The notes: generated by a model not told the origin, from the sequence alone. Positions 39,703-50,359 are shown, counted from the stretch's first letter. The stretch: 64,000 bases of DNA from Methanobacteriota archaeon (GCA_012729095.1 JAAYDU010000061.1:11779-75778); one strand, 5' to 3'. Numbers and translations: made by a program.

Positions 39703-40899
39703 ATGGAACTGCACCCCGCTCCCAAGACATACACCAAGGACGGCCATAGGGCCATAAGTCCCGCGGCCACATTAAAGCGGATAGAACCGCTCATGCCCCG
39801 GGCGGGCATCACCAGGGTGGCGGACATAACCGAACTGGACCGCATCGGTGTGCCGGTTTTCTCCAGCATACGGCCAGGGGCCAAGGAGGGTGCGATATCC
39901 ATTTACAACGGCAAGGGGGCCAGCAAGGAGCAGGCCAAGGTCTCCGCTATAATGGAGGCCATGGAGCGCTGCTCAGCAGAGCCCAGGGCCGATGACAGGT
40001 ACCGCCGGGACATGATGGACAACATGCTGTCGTCCGAGAACGCCCTGGACCCCCGAACCCTCATACTGCCTCCATTGATGAACATGCACGTCCTTCAGCA
40101 GCCCATAGCCTGGGTGAAGGGCTTCGACCTGATGGAGGGTGAGGAAATATGGGTACCGGCATGCGCAGTGTACCATCCATACGTGGCCGTGAACGACCTG
40201 CAGCTGTTCCGATCGAACACCAACGGGCTGGCATCCGGGAACAACATGGAGGAGGCGGTGCTGCACGCCATGTGCGAGGTGGTGGAGAGGGACGCCTGGT
40301 CCATCTGCGAGGCCCGGCGCAAGCCCCGGCAGGACATCTTGGTTGGCGATGACTGTCCTGTTGTCTCCGAACTATTGGAAAAGTTCAGCAGCCAAGGCGT
40401 GGAGGTCCATCTGAAGGACCTGACCAGCGATGTGGGCATACCCACCATAGCCGCGGCGGCCGATGACGTGCGCATGAAGGACCCGGCACTTTTGAACCTG
40501 GGTGTCGGGACGCATCTCAGCGCAAGGGTAGCGGCGATAAGAGCGCTCACCGAGGTGGCGCAGAGCAGGTGCACGCAGATACACGGCGCCCGGGAGGACA
40601 CCACCAAGGCCGACCTGAACCGAACCGTTGGATACGAGAAGATGAAGAAGCTCAACTCCATGTACTTCTCTTCGTCGGAAGGGACCGGCATCGCGGACTT
40701 TCCCGAGCAGGACACCAAGGACCTGCTGGAGGACATCGAGCTTGTTCTCGCACGCCTGGACTCCATCGGCGCTGACAAGGTCATCGCCGTTGATCTCACC
40801 CGTCCCGACCTGAACGTTCCAGTGGTGCGCATGATCGTACCGGGCATGGAAATATACGCCATGGACATGGACCGCTTGGGTCCGAGGCTGCTCGAATGA
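39703..40899 (+). CDS. ycaO: YcaO, McrA-glycine thioamidation protein (methanogenesis marker 1)
   Basis: GITRVADITELDRIGVP, GKG, SNTNGLASGN, EVVERDA, ALTEVAQSR; adjacent to tfuA and mcr. Confidence 0.93.
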   Translation: MELHPAPKTYTKDGHRAISPAATLKRIEPLMPRAGITRVADITELDRIGVPVFSSIRPGAKEGAISIYNGKGASKEQAKVSAIMEAMERCSAEPRADDRYRRDMMDNMLSSENALDPRTLILPPLMNMHVLQQPIAWVKGFDLMEGEEIWVPACAVYHPYVAVNDLQLFRSNTNGLASGNNMEEAVLHAMCEVVERDAWSICEARRKPRQDILVGDDCPVVSELLEKFSSQGVEVHLKDLTSDVGIPTIAAAADDVRMKDPALLNLGVGTHLSARVAAIRALTEVAQSRCTQIHGAREDTTKADLNRTVGYEKMKKLNSMYFSSSEGTGIADFPEQDTKDLLEDIELVLARLDSIGADKVIAVDLTRPDLNVPVVRMIVPGMEIYAMDMDRLGPRLLE

Positions 40900-41531
40900 G
40901 CCGCCCGGTCGTGTATCTCGGTCCCAGCCTGCCCGTCGAGGAGGCCAGGGCCCTGCTGGACGCCGAATACCGGCCACCGGTGAAAAGAGGCGACCTGTCC
41001 GCCCTCGGCCCCGCCGAGGTCGTAGGGATAATCGACGGTGCGTTCCTGCAGAACTGCTCGGTCGGACACCGGGAGATACTCTCCCTGCTATCGAGAGGGG
41101 TAAAGGTGATCGGCGGGGGAAGCATGGGAGCCCTGCGGGCCGCAGAGATGCAGGCGTACGGGATGATCGGCGTGGGAAGGATATTCCAGATGTACGCCGA
41201 CGGTGTCATCGAGGGAGATGACGAGGTGGCCCTGGTGTTCGACCCAGCTTCTATGGAACCCCTGTCCGAGCCCATGGTCAACCTGCGTTTTTTGATGGAT
41301 AAGATGCTAAAGGAGGGAAAGGTCTCCGCCGGGGAACATCACGGCATTCTGTCTTCCTATCGTTCGATCTACTATCCAAGACGCACCATAGCCGCCTTCC
41401 TCGATACTTCGGAAAAGTTCCTAGGGGAGGAGAGGGGCCGCGTTTTCCGTCAGGATTTCCCAATTCTCTATCAGGATGTGAAAAGGGAGGATGCTATTTC
41501 CGTCATTAAACGCATTGGAGAACTGGTGTAA
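40896..41531 (+). CDS. tfuA: TfuA, McrA-glycine thioamidation partner
   Basis: VYLGPSL, PPVKRGD, IIDG, SMGALRAAE, DDEVA. Confidence 0.93.
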   Translation: MSRPVVYLGPSLPVEEARALLDAEYRPPVKRGDLSALGPAEVVGIIDGAFLQNCSVGHREILSLLSRGVKVIGGGSMGALRAAEMQAYGMIGVGRIFQMYADGVIEGDDEVALVFDPASMEPLSEPMVNLRFLMDKMLKEGKVSAGEHHGILSSYRSIYYPRRTIAAFLDTSEKFLGEERGRVFRQDFPILYQDVKREDAISVIKRIGELV

Positions 41532-41682
41532 AGGGCGCATTCCTTAATATAGTGCCTCCATAAAAAAATTAAAACGAGCCTCTAATATAATATTAAATAT
41601 TTTCAATATAAAAAATTTTTACACCGTTAAAGTAACACCGTTCATGCCTGGACGGTGTGGAAAATTAAGCTATTGTTTAACA

Positions 41683-41701
41683 TGGATGGATTGTCCATCC
41701 A
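41683..41701. promoter_or_regulatory. TGGATG-N7-CATCCA palindrome 9 bp upstream of TATA-like TTATAT of mcrB
   Basis: TGGATGgattgtcCATCCA. Confidence 0.75.
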
Positions 41702-41814
41702 TCATCAAGCTTATATTCTAACTTAACATTCACAAGTCCGCAAGGGGTACCGGTTTTCTCATGAATGATGCAAATCTGATCGAGGAGACCGAGTAAATGA
41801 ACAGGAGGTAAAAA

Positions 41815-43146
41815 ATGGCAAAGTACAAGGACAAGGTGGACTTGTATGACGACAGAGGCAAACTGATCGAGAAAGACGTGTCTCTGGACGCTATAAGTCC
41901 TTTAAACAACGCCGCCATTAAGCGAACCATATCTCTGACGAAGAGAACTATCGCCGTCAACCTTGAGGGTATTGAGAAGGGTCTCAAGACCGGAGCGGTT
42001 GGAGGATTGAACGTTCCCGGCAGGGTCTTGGACATCGCTGTAGTGGCGAACGCTGACAAGCTGGCCAAGAAGATCAAGGACACTCTGAAGGTCGCCAAGG
42101 ACGATGACACTGAGATCAAGATGATGGCGGGCGGAAAGAGAATGGCCGTGACCTGCCCCAGTAGCAGGATAGACACTGGAGCCGAGTACACCACGGGATA
42201 CACCGCGGTGGCCGCCGCTGTCACCGAGGCAATCATCGAACAGTTCGATGTGAACATGTTCGAGGCCTCGATGGTCAAGGCAGCTGTCTGGGGAAGGTAC
42301 CCGCAGACCATCAACATGGTCGGGTCCAACCTGAAGAGCATCCTCGACGTCCCGCAGCTGAACGAAGGTACCGGCTACGCCCTCAGGAACATCATGGCTA
42401 ACCACATAGTCATGCTGACCGGCAGGAACGCCATGAACGCCGCCGCGCTGTCTTCTATATATGAGACCGTGGCCGCCTACGAGATGGGCGATGCGATCGG
42501 CAACTTCGAGAGGCAGCACCTGCTGTCCCTGGCCTATCAGGGACTGAACGCCAACAACCTGGTCTACAGCTGGGTAAAGGAGAACGGCAAGACCGGCACC
42601 GTCGGTGATGTCGTAGCTTCCATGGTTGGCCGCGCTCTTGATGACAAGGTCATCAAGAAGGGAAAGAAGTTCCCCTCCGGATTCGTTGAGTACACAACCA
42701 ACGACTTCCCGCTGTGGAACGCCTATGTTTCCGCTGGTCTGCTGGCTGCGATCTGCGTGAACATCGGTGCCGCTAGGGCTGCGCAGGGTATCCCATCCAC
42801 CATTCTGTACTACAACGACCTGGTGGAGCACGAGACCAGCCTGCCCGGAACTGACTACGGTAGGGCCATGGGTACTTCCGTCGGTATGTCCTTCTTCAGC
42901 CACTCTATCTATGGTGGCGGCGGTCCTGGACTGTTCCACGGAAACCACGTGGTTACCAGGCACGCCAAGGGAACCGTCATACCCGTTATCGCCGCTGGAT
43001 GCTCTCTCGATGCTGGTACTCAGTACTTCAGCGCAGAGAACACCTCTCTGATGATGGGGGAAGTGTTCGGTGAGATCGACGTGTTCAAGGGCCCGTTGAA
43101 GATGGTCGGCAAGGAGGCCAAGAAGCTGAAGGAGCAGGGTGCTTAA
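41815..43146 (+). CDS. mcrB: Methyl-coenzyme M reductase beta subunit
   Basis: [40 protein letters not shown]. Confidence 0.99.
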   Translation: MAKYKDKVDLYDDRGKLIEKDVSLDAISPLNNAAIKRTISLTKRTIAVNLEGIEKGLKTGAVGGLNVPGRVLDIAVVANADKLAKKIKDTLKVAKDDDTEIKMMAGGKRMAVTCPSSRIDTGAEYTTGYTAVAAAVTEAIIEQFDVNMFEASMVKAAVWGRYPQTINMVGSNLKSILDVPQLNEGTGYALRNIMANHIVMLTGRNAMNAAALSSIYETVAAYEMGDAIGNFERQHLLSLAYQGLNANNLVYSWVKENGKTGTVGDVVASMVGRALDDKVIKKGKKFPSGFVEYTTNDFPLWNAYVSAGLLAAICVNIGAARAAQGIPSTILYYNDLVEHETSLPGTDYGRAMGTSVGMSFFSHSIYGGGGPGLFHGNHVVTRHAKGTVIPVIAAGCSLDAGTQYFSAENTSLMMGEVFGEIDVFKGPLKMVGKEAKKLKEQGA

Positions 43147-43148
43147 AC

Positions 43149-43571
43149 ATGAGTCAGCCTACCTCCGAGGAGGTACCCCTTCCTGAGATCATGGTATTTC
43201 CGGAGCGTATGCTCTTGGCCGATACCACCGAAACGCTGCTGAACAAGCTGCATGAGGTGAAGAACGTCAAGAGGATCACCGTGCAGGGCGAGGACCTGCC
43301 GGCGATCATGAAGGCAGGCCCCGGTACCGGCGGTCCGGTGGATCATCCAGAACGCCGCGTCATCAAGGTCGCAGGCAAAGATATGGAACTGAAGGTATTG
43401 GTCGGTAGGATACTCGTAGAGATATCCGACATGGACTTCGTACCTCAGGCCATGAAGGATATTAAAGAGGTATGCGAAAGCGTGTTCCCCTTTAATTTCA
43501 CTCTAGAGGTAGGCAGATACTCAAAGTTCAAGCCAACTGTATCCGACTACAAAAAAGGATTGGTGAAATAA
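43149..43571 (+). CDS. mcrD: MCR operon protein D
   Basis: [31 protein letters not shown]. Confidence 0.95.
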   Translation: MSQPTSEEVPLPEIMVFPERMLLADTTETLLNKLHEVKNVKRITVQGEDLPAIMKAGPGTGGPVDHPERRVIKVAGKDMELKVLVGRILVEISDMDFVPQAMKDIKEVCESVFPFNFTLEVGRYSKFKPTVSDYKKGLVK

Positions 43572-43572
43572 C

Positions 43573-44355
43573 ATGGCTAAATCAAAGTATAAGGCACAAT
43601 TCTATCCTGGCAACACCCTGCCCGCCAAGAACCGGAGACGCTTCTTGGACCCCAGCGAGAAGCTGGAGAAACTCCGCGACGTTCCGATGGACGACGTGGT
43701 CAAGATCCTGGGTCACAGGACCCCTGGTTCCGACTACGCTACCATCCACCCGCCGCTGGAGGAGGGTAACGAGCCCGACTGCCCTATCAGGGCGCTGGTC
43801 GAGCCCATCGAGGGTGCGAAGAAGGGAGACAGAATCAGGTACGTTCAGTTCACTGACTCCGTGTACTATGCCCCTATCATTCCGTATGTTAGAGCTCAGA
43901 TGTACATGTGGAGATTCAGGGGAATCGATACCGGTACCCTGTCTGGAAGGCAGATCATCGAGATGAGGGAGAGGGACGTCGAAAAGGTGGCCAAGGAACT
44001 CATCGACAACGAGACCTTCGATACCGCTAGGACCGGTATCAGGGGAGCGACCGTGCACGGCCACGCCGTTAGGCTGGACGAGAACGGGCTGATGTTCGAT
44101 GCCTGGCAGAGGTTCCGGTGGAACGCGAAGAAGGGCGAGGTCGAGTATGTGAAGGACCAGGTCGGTGTCCCGTTGGACAAGCCTGTTCCGGTCGGAAAGC
44201 CCATGCCCGAGAAGTGGTTGAAGGACCACACTACCATGTTCCGCGCCGACGGCGTAGACATGAGGGACGACGAGGAGGTCATGAGGCAGAACCTCAGAAT
44301 ACACACCCTCAGGACCAAGTGTGGCTTCCAATCCTTCAATGTTAAGGAGGACTAA
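43573..44355 (+). CDS. mcrG: Methyl-coenzyme M reductase gamma subunit
   Basis: [33 protein letters not shown]. Confidence 0.99.
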   Translation: MAKSKYKAQFYPGNTLPAKNRRRFLDPSEKLEKLRDVPMDDVVKILGHRTPGSDYATIHPPLEEGNEPDCPIRALVEPIEGAKKGDRIRYVQFTDSVYYAPIIPYVRAQMYMWRFRGIDTGTLSGRQIIEMRERDVEKVAKELIDNETFDTARTGIRGATVHGHAVRLDENGLMFDAWQRFRWNAKKGEVEYVKDQVGVPLDKPVPVGKPMPEKWLKDHTTMFRADGVDMRDDEEVMRQNLRIHTLRTKCGFQSFNVKED

Positions 44356-44357
44356 AT

Positions 44358-46022
44358 ATGGCGAAGGAAAAGGAAAAGATGTTCATCGCCGCCATGCACA
44401 AGAAGTTCAAGGAGGAACCCACCGAGGTCCGCTCCAAGCACTATTCCTACGGAGGCTGGAGACAGTCGAAGAGGAAGCGGGAGTGGGTTGAGCAGTCCAA
44501 CAAGATTGCCAAGGCCCGTGGAATCCCCATGATGAACCAGGATGTTGGTGTGGCTCTCGGCCAGCGTGTCTTGATGCCCTACCAGTTGTCCCACACGGAC
44601 ATCTATGGCGAGGCCGATGACCTTCACTGGGTCAACAACGCTGCTATGCAGCAGTGCTGGGACGACATACGCAGGACCGTCATCGTCGGTCTGGATGTGG
44701 CCCACAACGTTATCGAGAAGAGGCTGTCAAAGGAGGTCACCCCTGAGACCATCAACCGCTACCTGGAGGCTGTTAACCACACCATGCCGGGCGGCGCAGT
44801 GGTACAGGAGCACATGGCCGAACTTTGCCCTGAACTCGTGAAGGACTCCTATGTCAAGGTGTTCTCTGGTGACGACGAGCTTATCGACGAGATCGACAAG
44901 TGCTACGTCATCGACATAAACAAGGAGTTCCCCGCGAAGCAGGCCAAGGAGCTGAAGGCCGCTGTCGGCAAGAAGCTGTGGCAGGTCGTTCGTGTCCCGT
45001 CCATCGTTGGACGTGTGTGCGATGGTGGTACCATATCCAGGCACTCTGCTATGCAGATATCCATGGCCTTCATCACCGCGTACAGACTGGCTGCCGGTGA
45101 AGCGGCTATCGCCGACTTCGCCTTCGCCGCCAAGCACGCCGCGATGGTCGAGATGGGTACCATGATGCCCGCCAGGAGGGCTAGGGGTAACAACGAGCCC
45201 GGTGGAATTCCGTTCGGTGTACTGGCCGACTGCGTCCAGAGCACCAGGACCCACCCTGACGACCCCTGCAGGTCTTCCCTGGAGGCTGTCGCTCTCGGTT
45301 CCGTCATCTACGACCAGATATACCTCGGATCGTACATGTCCGGCGGTGTCGGGTTCACTCAGTACGCAACCGCCTCCTACACCGACAACATTCTGGAGGA
45401 CTACACCTACTGGGCGTACGACCTGCTGAAGGACAAGTACGGCGGTCTCTGCGCAAGCGAGCCGAGCACCGAGCTGATGGAGAAGCTGGGTTCCGAGATC
45501 AACTCGTACTCCCTCGAGATGTACGAGCGCTACCCGGCCGCCATGGAAGCCCACTTCGGTGGGTCCCAGAGGGCCTTCGTGGCCGCTGCCGCCACTGGTA
45601 TCGGCTGTGCATTTGCCACCGGCAACGCCAACTTCGGTGTGAACGGATGGTATCTGTCTCAGTACCAGCACAGGGAGAGGCTCGGAAGGCTCGGGTTCTA
45701 CGGATACGATCTGCAGGACATGTGCGGTGCATCCAACTCGTTCTCTTACAGGAGCGACGAGGGTCTGCCCCACGAGCTGAGAGGACCGAACTTCCCGAAC
45801 TACGCCATGAACGTGGGCCACCTCGGTGGTTACTGCGGTATATCCATGGCCCCGCACGCTGCTCGCGGCGACGCGTTCGTGTGCAACCCGCTGGTCAAGA
45901 TCGCCTTCTCGGACAAGAACCTGCCCTTCGACTTCGGCAACATCACCCGGGACTTCGGGCGCGGTTGCCTCAGGGAGTTCATGCCTGTGGGTGAGAGGAC
46001 CGCGATCATACCCGCTAAGTGA
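44358..46022 (+). CDS. mcrA: Methyl-coenzyme M reductase alpha subunit
   Basis: [51 protein letters not shown]. Confidence 0.99.
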   Translation: MAKEKEKMFIAAMHKKFKEEPTEVRSKHYSYGGWRQSKRKREWVEQSNKIAKARGIPMMNQDVGVALGQRVLMPYQLSHTDIYGEADDLHWVNNAAMQQCWDDIRRTVIVGLDVAHNVIEKRLSKEVTPETINRYLEAVNHTMPGGAVVQEHMAELCPELVKDSYVKVFSGDDELIDEIDKCYVIDINKEFPAKQAKELKAAVGKKLWQVVRVPSIVGRVCDGGTISRHSAMQISMAFITAYRLAAGEAAIADFAFAAKHAAMVEMGTMMPARRARGNNEPGGIPFGVLADCVQSTRTHPDDPCRSSLEAVALGSVIYDQIYLGSYMSGGVGFTQYATASYTDNILEDYTYWAYDLLKDKYGGLCASEPSTELMEKLGSEINSYSLEMYERYPAAMEAHFGGSQRAFVAAAATGIGCAFATGNANFGVNGWYLSQYQHRERLGRLGFYGYDLQDMCGASNSFSYRSDEGLPHELRGPNFPNYAMNVGHLGGYCGISMAPHAARGDAFVCNPLVKIAFSDKNLPFDFGNITRDFGRGCLREFMPVGERTAIIPAK

Positions 46023-46030
46023 GGTGTCCG

Positions 46031-46300
46031 ATGGAAGTAGGAGATTACGCGAAGTACAGAGTCACCGGGACGGTGGGAAAGATACTGGAAGTGCAAGAGC
46101 GCGACGGGGTGGAATGGGCACTGCTCGACACCTACGAACTCTGGTACGTCTCCAGTCTGCTGGACCCTGCCCAGGCGAGCGAGTACAAGCGTACCTCCTA
46201 CAAGGAGCGGACCCACACGGTGACTCTGGGGGAGCTGCAAGGCCTGGACGAAGAGATCGAGGCCGACATATCCTCCATGACACCCAGCGGGGCTGGTTGA
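46031..46300 (+). CDS. DUF2098 family protein (MCR-associated)
   Basis: VGDYAKYRVTGTVGKI...WALLD...LWY...SGAG; RBS GAGGTG. Confidence 0.8.
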   Translation: MEVGDYAKYRVTGTVGKILEVQERDGVEWALLDTYELWYVSSLLDPAQASEYKRTSYKERTHTVTLGELQGLDEEIEADISSMTPSGAG

Positions 46301-46313
46301 AGCAAGAAACAAA

Positions 46314-46338
46314 CCCTTTCCTTTTATCCCTTTTTTTA
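46314..46338 (+). terminator. Pyrimidine/oligo-T terminator of mcrBDGA-DUF2098
   Basis: CCCTTTCCTTTTATCCCTTTTTTT after the stop codon. Confidence 0.6.
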
Positions 46339-46388
46339 AAATTGAAACATCGGAACAGTGTCCGATGGTCTGAGTTTTTTTGAACGGA

Positions 46389-46931
46389 CTATTGAAGGTC
46401 GAAACCCACCAATATGCTGGCCAGCTTCGGATCGTCCTCAAGGTCGTAATAGTTCTTTATTATCAAATCCCCTAGCGGGGAGGGGCTGCAGGAGACGATG
46501 TTGGTGGCTCCCGGGACCTGCTCCAGCTCCGGAAAGGACACCGGGGGCATCAGGAAGTACTCCTTGGTCTTGGGCACCCTGTCAGTGAAGACAACGAAAT
46601 CCTCACCAAGCCAGCATATGTTATCCATCTCCTTAAAATGAGAGTGCTGCCCGGGAAGTATCTCCATGCCGATCACCAAGTCGGAATCTCCCATCATGAG
46701 CACCGTCGGCTCCGGGGGAGGTCTGAAACGGGTGTCTTTGATGACGCATATGATATGCTTCCTTCTCAAACACTGGTTCACTCCCTCGTTGATAACGTCA
46801 AGACCGATCTGGGACTTGATGTTGTCCTCGATCTTCTGAATTGCAGCGATGACATCTTGGCTCAGCAGGAAGGCTTTGCAAGTGCCGGTCATTCCCTTGA
46901 TTATCTCGACAGCTCTCTCCTCTGGTTGCAC
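46389..46931 (-). CDS. Uncharacterised protein, paralog A
   Basis: 180-aa ORF aligning by eye with 52673-53236. Confidence 0.8.
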   Translation of the reverse strand: MQPEERAVEIIKGMTGTCKAFLLSQDVIAAIQKIEDNIKSQIGLDVINEGVNQCLRRKHIICVIKDTRFRPPPEPTVLMMGDSDLVIGMEILPGQHSHFKEMDNICWLGEDFVVFTDRVPKTKEYFLMPPVSFPELEQVPGATNIVSCSPSPLGDLIIKNYYDLEDDPKLASILVGFDLQ

Positions 46932-47063
46932 GCCGTCGATAACGCCATGGTGTTAGAAATAGATTGTTTTAGTTCGGAAGGATGAGGTGCCGGGGATGGC
47001 TGCCCTCCTTGAGATCGGACCTGAGGCCATCGCTAACGGGCACCTCACCGCCCTGACGCCCGA

Positions 47064-47405
47064 TCAGGGAACGAACTCCACGAATACCGGTTTTTTGAGG
47101 GCCATGTCGGTGGCGACCTCCGCGGCCTTGATCATGGCCATAGGCACCGGGCAGGAGGAGTGCTTCAGCACTTCACCGCACAGCTGGTAGACGGTGTTGT
47201 CCGAGAAGGGCATTCTCATGACGTCCCACACCTCCATGCGCTTCAGGACCTTGTTCAGGTTGCGTACCTGCGGGCAATCGCTTTGCAGGACCTCGAACTC
47301 CACCAGCATCCCGTCGCTGCGGGCCTGGATGGTGCTGTGCAATCGGCAAACGCCAGGGTCCACCTTTACCGTGGCCTGAAGAGGGAGCTCTACATCATCG
47401 GACAT
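47064..47405 (-). CDS. Small Cys-containing protein (DUF6951-like)
   Basis: VDPGVC, SDCP, HSSCPVP, IKAAEV...L; RBS GGAGGT. Confidence 0.75.
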   Translation of the reverse strand: MSDDVELPLQATVKVDPGVCRLHSTIQARSDGMLVEFEVLQSDCPQVRNLNKVLKRMEVWDVMRMPFSDNTVYQLCGEVLKHSSCPVPMAMIKAAEVATDMALKKPVFVEFVP

Positions 47406-47547
47406 TCGACCTCCATTGTCATGATGCCAGATAATCGTATGCCCTCGGGACGGGGGAAACGATAAGTAAGATGGGCCTCTATTGAAGAACGTCGCCCTTC
47501 GAGACTACCTCTTTTACGGTTAGGTCAGGGCGACGAAGGTGAGAATT

Positions 47548-49374
47548 ATGCAAAACATTAGGGCCTCAGCCGAGGCTTCCCCCGGAACGGATCTGAAGAG
47601 CGACAGCCCCTGCCAGAACCTGCTGCGCGCGGGCGATCCACAGGTGTTCGCCGTATTGATGTCGTCGGAGGACGTCGTATCCGCCAGTGCGGCCCTCAAG
47701 GGATTGTTGGCCGAGAGGGAGGCCGCTCTCCACTCGTGGGATTGTCACGTTCATCCCCTGGAACGGTCCAATGCCCTTCACTGCATCCGGGTGATGCACA
47801 ACTTCCTTTCGCCTAGGAACGAAAGGGTGAGCGGCATCTCGGTGATAACGCATCTCTTCAACGTTTCGCACGGCTCGGACGAGGGCGTTCACCCGGCCTT
47901 CGTCAGTGACGTGCTGCACATACTGAGGGGTACCACCGGCGAACCGGTCCTGGACCTTCAGGAGGCCCCTGACTTCGCCACGCTCGACGGGCATGAAGGG
48001 GGCATCGTGCGCTCCGATTACCTTGACGGGATGGCCGAGGCTATGGAGGGCTGGACGCGCAGATACCCCAGCGGGCTGTTGCCGAACGTCATTGCCAGGC
48101 GCAAGGAGAACCGTGCCCGGATATTGGAATACCTGAGCGCCGACCTGGACGATTGGAACGATTATGCCTGGCAGATGAGAAACGTCATGCTGAGCCAGGA
48201 GGTCATAGGCGACCTTATCGAGCTGACAGCGGAGGAACGCGAATCCATATCGCTTTGCATGGAGCGCCGCATCCCCTTCGGCATCACTCCCTATTACCTC
48301 TCCTTGATGGACCGCGAACCCTCTCGGAAATGGGACCACGCGGTGCGCGCCCAGGTCATCCCGCCCCTGAGCTATGTGAAAGAGGTGTTGAGGTCTCGTT
48401 CGGACCCGTCCTCCAGCCTGGACTTCATGATGGAAGGGCAGACCTCCCCGGTGGACCTGGTGACCAGGCGGTATCCCGTGATAGCGATATTCAAGCCTTA
48501 CAACACCTGCGCCCAGATATGCGTCTACTGTCAGAGGAACTGGGAGATCGAAGGCGTTCTCTCCGAGGATGCCATGGCCCCCCCGGAAAAGATAGATGCG
48601 GCCCTGGATTGGTTCGAGGGGCATCCCGCGGTGACCGAGGTCCTGGTGACCGGGGGGGACCCCGCCATACTCGCCAACGGACAACTGCGCTCGATGCTCG
48701 GTCGGCTGGGCAGCATGCCGCACATCAAAAGGATGCGCTTCGGCACGAGGGTGCCTGTTGTCATGCCTATGAGGATCGATGAAGGGTTCCTGGGGCTGCT
48801 GGCTGAACTGCATGACCCCCCCAGGCGGGAGTTCGCGCTGGTCACCCATTTCGAGCATCCCTACGAGGTGACCCCCGAATCGGCCGCGGCGATCAGATCG
48901 ATGCGCTCACTGGGCATTCCCGCCTATAATCAGCAGGTGTTCACCATGGAGAACTGCCGGCGCTTCGAGACCGTGGCGCTCCGTTCCGCCCTGAAGGAGA
49001 TCGGGGTGGACCCATATTACACGTTCAACGCCAAAGGCAAGGAGGAGACGTCCGAGTACCGGGTTCCCATATCCCGGCTGCTGCAGGAACGCAAGGAGGA
49101 GGCCAGGCTTCTTCCCGGGTTGAGCAGGACCGATGAACCGGTGTTCAACATTCCCGCGCTGGGCAAGAACCATCTGCGGGCCTGGCAGCATCACGACCTG
49201 ATCTCCCTTACTCCCAGAGGGGAAAGGGTGTACGAGTTCCATCCGTGGGAGAAGAACATCGCCATGGCACCTACCTACGTGCACCGGGACGTGCCCATAG
49301 CGGACTTCCTGGACAATTTGGCGGAAAGAGGCGAGGACCCTGAACTGTACCGCAGCATCTGGTACTACTTCTAG
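47548..49374 (+). CDS. KamA-family radical SAM protein, long N-terminal form
   Basis: WQMRN, PFGITPYY, VTRRYP, CAQICVYCQR, VTGGDP, RFGTRVP, PALGK. Confidence 0.9.
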   Translation: MQNIRASAEASPGTDLKSDSPCQNLLRAGDPQVFAVLMSSEDVVSASAALKGLLAEREAALHSWDCHVHPLERSNALHCIRVMHNFLSPRNERVSGISVITHLFNVSHGSDEGVHPAFVSDVLHILRGTTGEPVLDLQEAPDFATLDGHEGGIVRSDYLDGMAEAMEGWTRRYPSGLLPNVIARRKENRARILEYLSADLDDWNDYAWQMRNVMLSQEVIGDLIELTAEERESISLCMERRIPFGITPYYLSLMDREPSRKWDHAVRAQVIPPLSYVKEVLRSRSDPSSSLDFMMEGQTSPVDLVTRRYPVIAIFKPYNTCAQICVYCQRNWEIEGVLSEDAMAPPEKIDAALDWFEGHPAVTEVLVTGGDPAILANGQLRSMLGRLGSMPHIKRMRFGTRVPVVMPMRIDEGFLGLLAELHDPPRREFALVTHFEHPYEVTPESAAAIRSMRSLGIPAYNQQVFTMENCRRFETVALRSALKEIGVDPYYTFNAKGKEETSEYRVPISRLLQERKEEARLLPGLSRTDEPVFNIPALGKNHLRAWQHHDLISLTPRGERVYEFHPWEKNIAMAPTYVHRDVPIADFLDNLAERGEDPELYRSIWYYF

Positions 49375-50327
49375 TACCGCTCGGCCAGCTTGGCGAGCAG
49401 GTCCGAATACGTACCTTTCCCCAAATCCATGGTCGCCATGCAGGCTATGGCCTCTCGCTTGCGCATGATCGGGACGGCAATGATTGGCAATCCCCGATAG
49501 GGGCCGCTGGTCGACAACCGGCGTACTATCGAACCCCTCTTCATGGATTCCTCCAGCATCGGTCCGGTGTAATGGGTGTCAATGACCTCCCCGTCCTCGC
49601 ATCGAACACCGGGGCGGTTCCTGCTGCGCATGGTGACCGGCAATCGTCCCAGCAGCTCGTGTATGGCCAGGGCCAAGCATCTCAGTTCATCCGCCTCAGT
49701 ATCGTGGCTAAGTATGCTCGTTCCCTCGCTCCAGCATCTCCTGGCCAAATTTCCCAAAGAAAGGGCGGCTGTGACGGCTCCCTTCTCCGCCGCGTCGTAG
49801 TTGAACGCTGAACCGATTATGATCACGTCCCCATCGTCCATCCGGAAGTAGTTCTTCAGGGGCGCTACCAGGGATTGGTCTGGATACTCCTCGTCCCCTG
49901 GAAACACTATGCGGGATTCTTTGACGACCAAGGTGGTGGCGCCTACCGCCCCGGCCCTGACCGCCTCGTCCCTCTGCTCGCAGCCCATGTTGACCCTGTC
50001 GGATGCGCATTTTACCAGCACCGCGCAGTTGAACTTGCCTAAGGTTAGATCGGAAAGGTCGATCTGCCTCACCTCCACGCCGGAGTTGTCCAACTTCCGT
50101 TTTCCGCGGTCGGTTATCGTGATGCCCAAGCGGGAGCTTTCGATGCACCCCTCCCTCATCATCTTGTCCAGGATCGTCCTGGTGCTTCCCTCCCCTATCT
50201 GCAGTACGCCGGCCAAGGCCTTCCTGCCTATAGGTCCTTCCTTGGCCACCACCTGATGCGCTTTCCATATATGATAGGCGTTGAACTTTGGCGTTGGACC
50301 CCCTGCAAAGTAGGAATTGAAGGACAT
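49371..50327 (-). CDS. HTH + DUF4443-like + DUF2111 fusion protein; probable transcription regulator
   Basis: GPIGRKALAGVLQIGEGSTRTIL HTH; EQRDEAVRAGAVGATTL; LAIHELLGRLPVTMRS...YTGPMLE...GPYRGLP. Confidence 0.8.
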   Translation of the reverse strand: MSFNSYFAGGPTPKFNAYHIWKAHQVVAKEGPIGRKALAGVLQIGEGSTRTILDKMMREGCIESSRLGITITDRGKRKLDNSGVEVRQIDLSDLTLGKFNCAVLVKCASDRVNMGCEQRDEAVRAGAVGATTLVVKESRIVFPGDEEYPDQSLVAPLKNYFRMDDGDVIIIGSAFNYDAAEKGAVTAALSLGNLARRCWSEGTSILSHDTEADELRCLALAIHELLGRLPVTMRSRNRPGVRCEDGEVIDTHYTGPMLEESMKRGSIVRRLSTSGPYRGLPIIAVPIMRKREAIACMATMDLGKGTYSDLLAKLAERY

Positions 50328-50340
50328 TGGCATTATGGGA

Positions 50341-50359
50341 TGGATATATAATCCATCCA
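50341..50359. promoter_or_regulatory. TGGATA-N7-CATCCA palindrome in the divergent HTH-DUF2111 / atwA promoter
   Basis: TGGATAtataatcCATCCA; spacer identical to the copy at 22161; extra CATCCA half-site at 50374. Confidence 0.72.

Noticed and set aside
44358-46022. Alkyl-CoM reductase (Acr/Ecr) interpretation of the mcr operon
   Set aside because: Canonical [13 protein letters not shown] and McrB FFSHSIY residues, and no large insertions.
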